This document shows, one piece after another, positions 47,635 through 55,389 of a stretch of 64,000 bases of DNA. Source of the stretch: an uncultured Nitrososphaerota archaeon (lineage in GTDB: Archaea; Thermoproteota; Nitrososphaeria; Nitrososphaerales; Gagatemarchaeaceae); assembly GCA_963703285.1 (NCBI GenBank), contig OY969807.1:64001-128000 (forward strand). The letters are read 5' to 3'. The position numbers and the translations under genes were made by a program. Within the stretch, counting starts at the first letter, position 1. Every line of letters starts with the position of its first letter. Below the pieces are notes generated by a model. The model worked only from the letters and a program-made list of their open reading frames with translations, was not told the origin of the DNA and searched no databases.

Positions 47635-48915
47635 CAAATGATTATCCGAGAGGATTCACCCTCCATACCCTGAACGTAACTTCACCTGCGACGCGTGGTG
47701 CTTAAAGGCGATTCTGGACTAAAGAGCAGGAGGTAAGCGGTTCTCGATTACCTACAAACTTCGAGTCTACCCGACGAAGACTCAGTACAGAATCATGTCG
47801 GAAACAATCGAGACTTGCAGGAGGTTGCACAACGAGTTACTAGAGGACAGAATTGAGCATGGAACAAATTGCTTCGCTCAGAAAAGAGCTCTCACCGCCT
47901 CCCGAAGGGGTAACAAATTCCTAAGCGCAGTCAATGCCCAAGTGCTACAAAACGTAGCCTTTAGGCTTGATAATGCGTTTGAGCGGTTTTTCGCTGGTCT
48001 CTCCCGTGCACCGAGATTTAAGCGAAGGGGCAGGTACAATTCTTTCACTTATCCCCAACTTGGTGGTTTCAGGATTGTTAGTGGAAAGCTTCGGCTTTCC
48101 AGAATAGGCTTACTCACAGCAAAACTGACCCGTCCAATAGAAGGGATTCAGAAGACGTGCACGATCGTTAGAGACATAGACCGCTGGTATGCCTGCATAA
48201 CCTCAGAGGAGGAACCGTCTGGACAGGTCGTAATGGAATCGGAGCGACCTCCAGTCGGGGTTGATTTAGGAATTCCAAACATTGTCACTCTCAGCAACGG
48301 CAAGACTGTAGAGAACCCGAGATTCCTCAATTCTTCAACATCTCGCCTCAAACGTCTTCAGCGAGAATTATCGAGGAAAAAGAAGGGTTCTAACAACCAA
48401 GAGAGGGCACGAACGTTGCTTGCTAAAGCTTGGCGCAAAGTCAGGAACTCGCGATTGGACTTCTTACACAAAGTCTCAGCAGAACTTGCTGAGGACTACT
48501 CAACCATAGTTTTCGAAGATCTTCGCATTACGAACATGACCAAGAACCGCAATCTAGCATCGGCAATAATGGATGCGTCATGGGGAGAGCTACGTCAGTT
48601 GACTGCCTACAAGGCAGAACGACGTGGCGGACGAGTAATCCTCGTCAACCCCAGTAGGACATCGCAGAAATGCTCGAGATGCGGCGAGATAGTCAAGAAG
48701 GAACTCTCTGAACGAGTACACGACTGTCCGAACTGCGGTTTGGTCATAAACAGGGATGTCAACGCGGCAAGGAACGTACTCAGAGCGGGCCTGGAACGGG
48801 CCTGTGTGGAGGAACAGCCTCTACTTGTCCAACGCAGGGGATCAAGCATGTTCGTTCCCGTGAAACAAGAAGTTCAAGACGCGAAGCACAACGGCTTCAG
48901 CCTTGGGTAGTTCAA
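47635..48915 (+). mobile_element. IS200/IS605-family solo tnpB element (IS1341-like, no tnpA)
   Basis: Lower-GC segment between pyrE and tbp; the right end GAAGCACAACGGCTTCAGCCTTGGGTAGTTCAA resembles IS605-type ends; boundaries inferred by empty-site reconstruction. Confidence 0.72.
47747..48910 (+). CDS. tnpB: RNA-guided endonuclease TnpB
   Basis: ITYKLRVYPT (upstream of ATG 47795, no canonical start), PRFK, VGVDLG, IVFEDL, TSQKCSRCG...CPNCG, RDVNAARN; RuvC D-E-D intact. Confidence 0.93.
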   Translation: MTYKLRVYPTKTQYRIMSETIETCRRLHNELLEDRIEHGTNCFAQKRALTASRRGNKFLSAVNAQVLQNVAFRLDNAFERFFAGLSRAPRFKRRGRYNSFTYPQLGGFRIVSGKLRLSRIGLLTAKLTRPIEGIQKTCTIVRDIDRWYACITSEEEPSGQVVMESERPPVGVDLGIPNIVTLSNGKTVENPRFLNSSTSRLKRLQRELSRKKKGSNNQERARTLLAKAWRKVRNSRLDFLHKVSAELAEDYSTIVFEDLRITNMTKNRNLASAIMDASWGELRQLTAYKAERRGGRVILVNPSRTSQKCSRCGEIVKKELSERVHDCPNCGLVINRDVNAARNVLRAGLERACVEEQPLLVQRRGSSMFVPVKQEVQDAKHNGFSLG

Positions 48916-49469
48916 TAGACCATCAGCTGCTTCTCTTCGAGGAGGACGTGCAGGTTGTTCACGGCCCTGTAGACCTCGCTCTCCCTCTTCGCCCCGGTGC
49001 AGACTAGCTTCCCGGACGCGAAGAGCAGTATCACAGTCTTGGGGTCGGCCATCCTGTGGATGAGGCCGGGGAACTGCTCGGGCTCGTACATCGACTTCGG
49101 GAGCTGCCTCGCGGCTTCCTCTAGGTGCACCTTCCCCCCCAGGTTGGCGGAGGCGACGATGTTCTGTATCTCTATTTCAGCCTCGTTCTTGATGGGGATG
49201 CTGCCCTTCTTCAGGCGCCTGACTACCTCCTGGACCGCTTTCCTCGCCTGCTCCTCGGACTTGGCTCCGGTGCAGACCATCTTGCCCGAGCTGAAAATCA
49301 GCGTCGCCGTCTTGGGGGTCTTCAGCCTGAAGACCAGTCCAGGGAACTGGTCAGGGTGGTACTCCACGTCGACGAAGTTCTTGGTTATCTGGTTAAGGTC
49401 GACCGTCTGGTTTATGGAGGCCGAAGCGACTACGTTCTCAATGCTGACTATCGCCTTTGTTTGGGGCAT
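48912..49469 (-). CDS. tbp: TATA-box binding protein
   Basis: IENVVAS, YHPDQFPGLVFRL, LIFSSGKMVCTGAK, second repeat IQNIVAS..YEPEQFPGL. Confidence 0.97.
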   Translation of the reverse strand: MPQTKAIVSIENVVASASINQTVDLNQITKNFVDVEYHPDQFPGLVFRLKTPKTATLIFSSGKMVCTGAKSEEQARKAVQEVVRRLKKGSIPIKNEAEIEIQNIVASANLGGKVHLEEAARQLPKSMYEPEQFPGLIHRMADPKTVILLFASGKLVCTGAKRESEVYRAVNNLHVLLEEKQLMVY

Positions 49470-49508
49470 TGTTGGGCGGTCAGAATCCGTCGAGTATATA
49501 AAGGGTAT

Positions 49509-50063
49509 TTAAGGGGCCGCGGCTTTTTCATCTCCCTCCCTTCCTTTCTCACCGCTCCCGCTGTAAAGCTCCACCAGGAAGATCAGCAAGATGATAGCTG
49601 CGACGAGGGCGTAGTTGTAGGGAGGCGGGAATGCCTCGGAGATCCTTCCGAGGAACGGTATTGAGACAACGACGAGTCCCTTGAGGCACTGGGGGGTGAC
49701 CGGAGGCCAGCTGTCCGGCTCGTCGGGGCGGGGGTTCGTGAACCTGTTGTCACCCTGGGTGATCAGCCCCTCGCTGGTGATGTTCACTACCCTGTGCACG
49801 ATCACCTCGGCCTCGCACCCTCCTCCCGCGATCGGGGGCGAGTAGATGATCACGTCCCCGATGTGGATGCTGTTGTACGGGACGGCCTCTGCCAACACGA
49901 GGTCGCCCACCTCGAGCGTGGGCCTCATGCTAGGTGTCGGATATACGTCGTACACCTGGACGCCCCCCAGCCGGCTGTCGATGAGGAACGCGGCCCCCAC
50001 GACGAGGACAAGGACCACGACCGCGTATGTGGCCGCTCGGCTCGCTTTGGAGGAGGCGCTCAA
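49509..50063 (-). CDS. Signal peptidase I (Sec11-type)
   Basis: TPSMRPTLEVGDLV, GDVIIY, IVHRVV, TQGDN...PD; start probably TTG 50063. Confidence 0.9.
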   Translation of the reverse strand: MSASSKASRAATYAVVVLVLVVGAAFLIDSRLGGVQVYDVYPTPSMRPTLEVGDLVLAEAVPYNSIHIGDVIIYSPPIAGGGCEAEVIVHRVVNITSEGLITQGDNRFTNPRPDEPDSWPPVTPQCLKGLVVVSIPFLGRISEAFPPPYNYALVAAIILLIFLVELYSGSGEKGREGDEKAAAP

Positions 50064-50128
50064 GAGATACGCCGCAGCCGGTCCCCCCTTAGGTTTTAAA
50101 GTAGCGCTCAGGGGAGAGCGCGCTTCCA

Positions 50129-50449
50129 ATGAAGGCATACGATCTTGCTAGAATCACTGTTATCAATGCGGTGGTTCTGGTCCTGATTTGGGCCGTCTAC
50201 CAGGACTTCCAGGGACGCCTTGCCTACTTCCAGAAGCTAGGCTTCACGCCCTCCACGACCTACTACCCCTTCTTCTACATCACCTCCGCCGTCAACGGCT
50301 CGACCCAAATCCAAGGTCTCCTGACCTTAGACTGGATACAGGTTCTCGCTGTGGTCCTCGCGGTCATCGACGCGCTGTTCGTTGTGGGTCTCCTCAGGAA
50401 CAGGAAGGCGACCAAGGCGACCGATGGGACGAACGGTCCGAATCTCTAA
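50129..50449 (+). CDS. Small membrane protein
   Basis: Two hydrophobic helices; TTTTAAA about 30 nt upstream. Confidence 0.6.
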   Translation: MKAYDLARITVINAVVLVLIWAVYQDFQGRLAYFQKLGFTPSTTYYPFFYITSAVNGSTQIQGLLTLDWIQVLAVVLAVIDALFVVGLLRNRKATKATDGTNGPNL

Positions 50450-50475
50450 ATACGGTTGGTCATCGTCTGCGCGCA

Positions 50476-50658
50476 TTGCGGCACTCTGTCAAGGTCCTCC
50501 TGGCGGCCGTCTCCATGCTCTTCGGGTCCATCGCCCTCGACCTCGCCGGGTCGTACCTCCAGAACCTCGTGATTCTCGTGATTTCCTTCGCCCTGGGAAT
50601 AGCGGGGGCGCTCGTGGCAATCCGCGGCCTTGTCGAGTTCCTAGGTGATCGTTACTAG
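50476..50658 (+). CDS. Small two-TM membrane protein
   Basis: TTG start, VKVLLAAVSMLFGSIALDLAG...ILVISFALGIAGALVAIRG. Confidence 0.5.
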   Translation: MRHSVKVLLAAVSMLFGSIALDLAGSYLQNLVILVISFALGIAGALVAIRGLVEFLGDRY

Positions 50659-51692
50659 TTGAGCCAGCAAGCGGCGTAGTGGTTCGGCGCCGCCTCCTTG
50701 AGCGGCGGTTCCTTCTCCTTGCAGATGGGCATCGCGAAGGGGCACCTGGGGTTGAACTTGCACCCGGACGGGTGGGAGGTCGACTGCGCCAGCTCTCCGA
50801 CGATGTTGATCTTCTTGATCTGTGTCTTCATGGAGGGGTCAATCACGGGCGAGGCCTGGAGCATGGCCTTGGTGTAGGGGTGCAGCGGCGTGTCCACGAG
50901 GTCGCTGGCTAGGCCCAGCTCGACCACCTTCCCCAGGTACATCACAGCTATGTTGCTCGCCACGACCTTGGCGACCGCCATGTCGTGGGTGATGAACAGG
51001 AAGGCGACACCGTGCTCCTTCGACTCCCGCTCGATTATGTTGAGGATGTCTCCCTTCAGGGAGGCGTCGAGCATCGAGACTGGCTCGTCCGCCACGACGA
51101 CCTCCGGATCGAAGAGCAGGACCCTCGCTATCCCTATCCTCTGCCTCTGGCCGCCGGAGAGCTGGAAAAGGTAGTTGCTTACGACCTCGTCCGGAAGGCC
51201 GACCCGCTTCATCACATCGGATATCTTGTTGTGTATCTCGGTACTGTCGCGTATCCCCTGGGACTGGAGGGGAAGACGGAGCGCGTCGTAGACCCTCATG
51301 TTTGGGTCGATTGACGAGAACGGATCCTGGAAGACGATCTGGAGATGCTTGCGGAGGCGCTTCCACTCTCGCCCCCTCGCGTTCCCGACGTCCTTCTCGG
51401 CCCCGTCGACCATGATCTTGACCGTTCCGCTGGACGGCCTCACCAGGCCTATCACTGCGCGGCCGAGGGTCGTCTTCCCTGAGCCGCTTTCGCCCACGAG
51501 GCCCAGTATCTCCCCCTTCGTCAGCTCGAAGGATACCCCATCGACAGCTTTCACGACGGTCGTCTTCTCCAAGAGCCTCTTCTTGATGAAGTGGACCTCG
51601 AGGTCCTTCACCCTCAGTATCGTATCTGCGGCTTCCCCGTCTCCGTCGCCCTCAGTATAGCCAGCAGGCAACCTCTTCTCCTCCTTCCGCAC
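50655..51692 (-). CDS. oppF: Oligopeptide ABC transporter ATPase
   Basis: KAVDGVSF, GESGSGKTT, FQDPFSS, LSGGQRQR, ADEPVSMLDAS, GCKFNPRCP. Confidence 0.9.
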   Translation of the reverse strand: MRKEEKRLPAGYTEGDGDGEAADTILRVKDLEVHFIKKRLLEKTTVVKAVDGVSFELTKGEILGLVGESGSGKTTLGRAVIGLVRPSSGTVKIMVDGAEKDVGNARGREWKRLRKHLQIVFQDPFSSIDPNMRVYDALRLPLQSQGIRDSTEIHNKISDVMKRVGLPDEVVSNYLFQLSGGQRQRIGIARVLLFDPEVVVADEPVSMLDASLKGDILNIIERESKEHGVAFLFITHDMAVAKVVASNIAVMYLGKVVELGLASDLVDTPLHPYTKAMLQASPVIDPSMKTQIKKINIVGELAQSTSHPSGCKFNPRCPFAMPICKEKEPPLKEAAPNHYAACWLN

Positions 51693-52596
51693 CCCTGAGC
51701 TCCGGTCTCTCGGCCCTGCAGACGTCCATGACGAACGGGCACCTTGGGCTGAAACTGCACATCTCCGCGGGGTTGGCCAAATCTGGCATGAACCCCGGAA
51801 TCCCCCTTATCTGCTTGGTGTGGAGCGTAGGAGTCGAGGCGAGGAGCCCCTGCGTGTACGGGTGCTTTGGCTTTCCGAAGAGGGCCTCGGACGGCCCATC
51901 CTCGACGATTCTCCCGGCGTACATGATGTAGAGCCTGTCTACGGCCTCCGAGAGCAGCGCGAGGTCGTGGGTTATCAGCAGGATGGAGATGCCCATCTCG
52001 TTCCTCAGCCTCTTCAGGAGGTTGACGATTGTCGCCTGGGTGATGACGTCGAGGGCCGTGGTCGGCTCGTCGGCTACGAGAAACTTGGGATTGAGGGCGA
52101 GGGCCATGGCGATGAAAGCCCTCTGCTTCTGACCCCCCGAGAGCTCGTGCGGATAGCGGTGCGCGATGCTCTCGTCGAGGTCGACCATCTCCAGCAGCTT
52201 CCGCACGGTGAGCTCGCTGCCCTCCTGCCCGTGTATCTTCATGACCTCCTGGATCTGGTTCCCTATGGTGAAGACGGGCGTGAACCCGTTCATGGAACCC
52301 TGAAAGACCATCGCCATCTTGGACCACCTGTATTGCTTCCTGAAATCCTCCGCGGAGAGGCCGAGGATGTCAGTCCCCTCGAACCTGACCTCTCCCCCCG
52401 CTATCCTCCCGGGCCTGCCGATCAGGCGCAGCATGCCGAGCGCGAGCGTGCTCTTCCCCGAGCCGCTCTCCCCAGCGAGCCCGACGATCTCCCCACGGTC
52501 GATGCGCAGGTCGACGTCCTCGTTCGCTCTCACCTCGCCCCGGGGGGTCGAAAAGTAGACCTTGAGGCCCTTCGCTTCCACCAGCGGCTGCGTCAT
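51652..52596 (-). CDS. oppD: Oligopeptide ABC transporter ATPase
   Basis: From ATG 52596: GESGSGKST, YPHELSGGQKQR, ADEPTTALDV, HPYTQGLL. Confidence 0.9.
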   Translation of the reverse strand: MTQPLVEAKGLKVYFSTPRGEVRANEDVDLRIDRGEIVGLAGESGSGKSTLALGMLRLIGRPGRIAGGEVRFEGTDILGLSAEDFRKQYRWSKMAMVFQGSMNGFTPVFTIGNQIQEVMKIHGQEGSELTVRKLLEMVDLDESIAHRYPHELSGGQKQRAFIAMALALNPKFLVADEPTTALDVITQATIVNLLKRLRNEMGISILLITHDLALLSEAVDRLYIMYAGRIVEDGPSEALFGKPKHPYTQGLLASTPTLHTKQIRGIPGFMPDLANPAEMCSFSPRCPFVMDVCRAERPELRGAEGGEEVACWLY

Positions 52597-53969
52597 TTCG
52601 CGTTGACCCTCGGCGCGACTATCCTGTCGAGGGCGAACCCCACCAGGACGAAGGGGACGGACGCCACGAATATCATTATGCCCGGGAAGAGCACCCACCA
52701 CCACCAGCCGTGTACCGAGGCATCGAACGTGATCGCATCGTTCAGTAACCCGCCCCAGGTTATGATGTTCCCCTGCTCTATGCCCAGGAAAGCGAGCGTC
52801 TCGGCCAGGATGATCACGCCCGGCACGGAGAGGGCCGTGTATGCTATCGTGACCGGGGTGAGCCTCGGGAGGATGTGGGTAAAGAAGGACCTTGTGGACG
52901 AGATCCCCATTGCCCTGTCGGCTTCGACGTAGGTCTGGGACCGGATTGAGAGCGTAACCGACCTGGCTAGGATCGCGTAGAAGGGCCATGTTAGGAATGC
53001 GATGATGAGAGACTCGTTGAGGACGGTGAGAGGCTTCCCTGAGGAGACGGTGATGGCGACGAGGAATGCGAGGGCCGGCAGAGCCAGGATGACCAGCGCC
53101 CCCCATTGCATGAACTGGTCCTTCCAGCCACCCATGAAACCCGAGAGCCCGCCATAGATGATGCCTCCGAAGACGGAGGCTATCGAGGCTATTATCCCGA
53201 TCTCGAGCGCCCAGGGCAACCCCGCCAGGATGCCCAGGCTGATGGGCCTTCCATCGATGTCCGTCCCCATTGAACCGTAGGAGTCGCCCACGAGGGACAA
53301 CGTCGACTTCGATGATATCAGCTGGGGGCCTCCGGCTATCAACTGGACCGTCACGCTGTACGTTCCCTTCTCGACCGGGTTGGAAAGTAGCTGGGGGCCG
53401 GCCTTGTTGAAGAGCCCGGCGAGCTCTTGGCTCGGCGTTACTGTGCTGATCAGCTTTCCGGTCTGACTCTGGAGGTAGGGAAGCATGCTCTGCTCGATTG
53501 ATGAGGTCGTGAGGTCGTAGAACTGCCCAGAGGTGGGGTAGGTGACCGTGATGGGTATCGAAGACCCGTCGGGCTTTGTCCAGTTGATGGAGACCTCGTA
53601 GGCCGTGCCGTTGAAGATAGGGACGACCGCGAAGTCGCTGGGCGAGACCGCGTGGTTCCAGGCCAGGGTTGCGGTCGCGGTGTACGTGTATATCCCGCCC
53701 GACACCTGCTGAGTCCAGTCAGCCAGAGAGACCGTCGCGCTCGTGGGCGCGTCCTGGCCGAGAAGGTTCACCCAGGAGGGTGGCGCCGAGATCGGATTCC
53801 CCTGCCACGCAGTGGGGTTGTCCCATTTGTAAACCTCTGACGAGGGAATCGCCACCAAGACGTAGACTGAGGTCCCGATGAGGATGATGAGGACGATCAG
53901 CCCGAAGACCCCGGACTTGGATTTCAAGAAATCGCGGTCATAGGTCTTCAGCTGGTTTGGAGCCGACAT
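52593..53969 (-). CDS. oppC: Oligopeptide ABC transporter permease
   Basis: MGTDIDGR, YVEADRAMG, THILP, LAFLGI, WWWVLFPG. Confidence 0.9.
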   Translation of the reverse strand: MSAPNQLKTYDRDFLKSKSGVFGLIVLIILIGTSVYVLVAIPSSEVYKWDNPTAWQGNPISAPPSWVNLLGQDAPTSATVSLADWTQQVSGGIYTYTATATLAWNHAVSPSDFAVVPIFNGTAYEVSINWTKPDGSSIPITVTYPTSGQFYDLTTSSIEQSMLPYLQSQTGKLISTVTPSQELAGLFNKAGPQLLSNPVEKGTYSVTVQLIAGGPQLISSKSTLSLVGDSYGSMGTDIDGRPISLGILAGLPWALEIGIIASIASVFGGIIYGGLSGFMGGWKDQFMQWGALVILALPALAFLVAITVSSGKPLTVLNESLIIAFLTWPFYAILARSVTLSIRSQTYVEADRAMGISSTRSFFTHILPRLTPVTIAYTALSVPGVIILAETLAFLGIEQGNIITWGGLLNDAITFDASVHGWWWWVLFPGIMIFVASVPFVLVGFALDRIVAPRVNAK

Positions 53970-53972
53970 CCT

Positions 53973-55025
53973 TTACTCGCCCGTCTTTATCCTCGGGTCG
54001 AGAAGGCCGTAGGTCAGCTCCCCGATGTAGAGTCCTAGGAAGAGTATCAAGGTCAGGATGAAGGTGGAGCCCACAATGACGGGAAGGTCGTTTTGATTTA
54101 TGGCGATGAAGGTCAAATAGCCGAGACCCGGCCACCTGAAGACTACTTCTGTCGTTATCCCTCCCCCGAAGGAGCCTGCCACGGCCAGGATCGACTGGGT
54201 CGCGATGCTGGGCGAAGCCGCCCTCAACACGTGCCTGAAGAGCACCCTGTTCTCTGTCATCCCCCTCGCCCTAGCTGTCGTAACGAAGTCCTCTCCCATG
54301 GTGGATACCGCTAAGCTCCTCGTCACATAGGCGAAGCCGCCGACGTTGACGATGAAGAAGGCTAGGAGGGGCAGGGTCAGGTGCGCTAGGAGGTCTGCGA
54401 AGTGCGGGAGGATCGCAGCGGGCGGCGGAACGGACGAAATCCCGCCCGAGGGGAGGACGTTAAGCGAGTACGCGAAATAGGCTATCAGGATGAATCCTAT
54501 CCACCAGGTCGGGAGGCTGGAGTGGATAACGGCGATTATCGGGATGGACCTGTCGAACTTCCCGCCGGCCGACCTCGCCGCCAGGAGTCCGAGCATTGCA
54601 CCCACAGCGACCACGATGAGAGTCCCCGTCGTGAAGAGGAGGATCGTGTTCGGCAGGTAGGCGACGATTATGCTCAAGACCTGTTTGGAGCCATCCGGAG
54701 CCTGAAGGAAGTAGGCCGAACCAAGGTGGAACTCGAACAGATTGACCATCTGCAATGCGAACTTGACGGGAAACGGCTGGTTGAACCCGAAGGCGGATAG
54801 GTAGGTCGCTTTGTACGTCGCGACTGCCGTTGTAATCGCGGTGAGGCTAAGCCCCGAGTGCGACTTTATCAGATTGCGCTGGAACTCGCTCGCCGCTTCG
54901 TCCGCAGTAGCCTCGATGACCTTCTGCATCGTTGGATAGATTCCAACATAGAGTATGGATACGGCTCCGAACAGCGCGAGTACATAGGACACGGTTTTCG
55001 TCAGGACAAAACGGGCGTATCCCAT
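53973..55025 (-). CDS. oppB: Oligopeptide ABC transporter permease
   Basis: LPNTILL, HLTLP, EDFVTTARARG, TEVVFRWPGLG, LDPRIK. Confidence 0.9.
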   Translation of the reverse strand: MGYARFVLTKTVSYVLALFGAVSILYVGIYPTMQKVIEATADEAASEFQRNLIKSHSGLSLTAITTAVATYKATYLSAFGFNQPFPVKFALQMVNLFEFHLGSAYFLQAPDGSKQVLSIIVAYLPNTILLFTTGTLIVVAVGAMLGLLAARSAGGKFDRSIPIIAVIHSSLPTWWIGFILIAYFAYSLNVLPSGGISSVPPPAAILPHFADLLAHLTLPLLAFFIVNVGGFAYVTRSLAVSTMGEDFVTTARARGMTENRVLFRHVLRAASPSIATQSILAVAGSFGGGITTEVVFRWPGLGYLTFIAINQNDLPVIVGSTFILTLILFLGLYIGELTYGLLDPRIKTGE

Positions 55026-55389
55026 TGTCGGACAATGCCGTGGAGCCTCCTATTAACATTAGCATTCGACGGAATCTGGATTCTGGCGACAGTTCCGGCT
55101 CCTCATGGGTCGACTTGTCCCCTTCGTTCCGCTGAGATTCCATCACTCGTCCCTCCCCGCTTTCACAGTGCGGGAAGAAGCGTTGCCAGATGAGGAAACG
55201 CGAGTCCTCCGAGCTCCGACCGGTTGAAGCGTTTGCTGCGAATCCGGATCCCGACTAGCTCCGCCTGCGCGTTTTGCATTGACTGATGTGGCGAAGCTTC
55301 CTGAAGTTGTCCTTCGGAGCGTTCCGCGGGGCGCGGGAGCATCGCGAGCAAGTGTTATATACGGCAGGCTCCCCTTAAGCGGCTTAAGA

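Noticed and set aside
55026-55389. Riboswitch or sRNA between oppB and oppA
   Set aside because: No recognisable consensus; consistent with a divergent promoter region.
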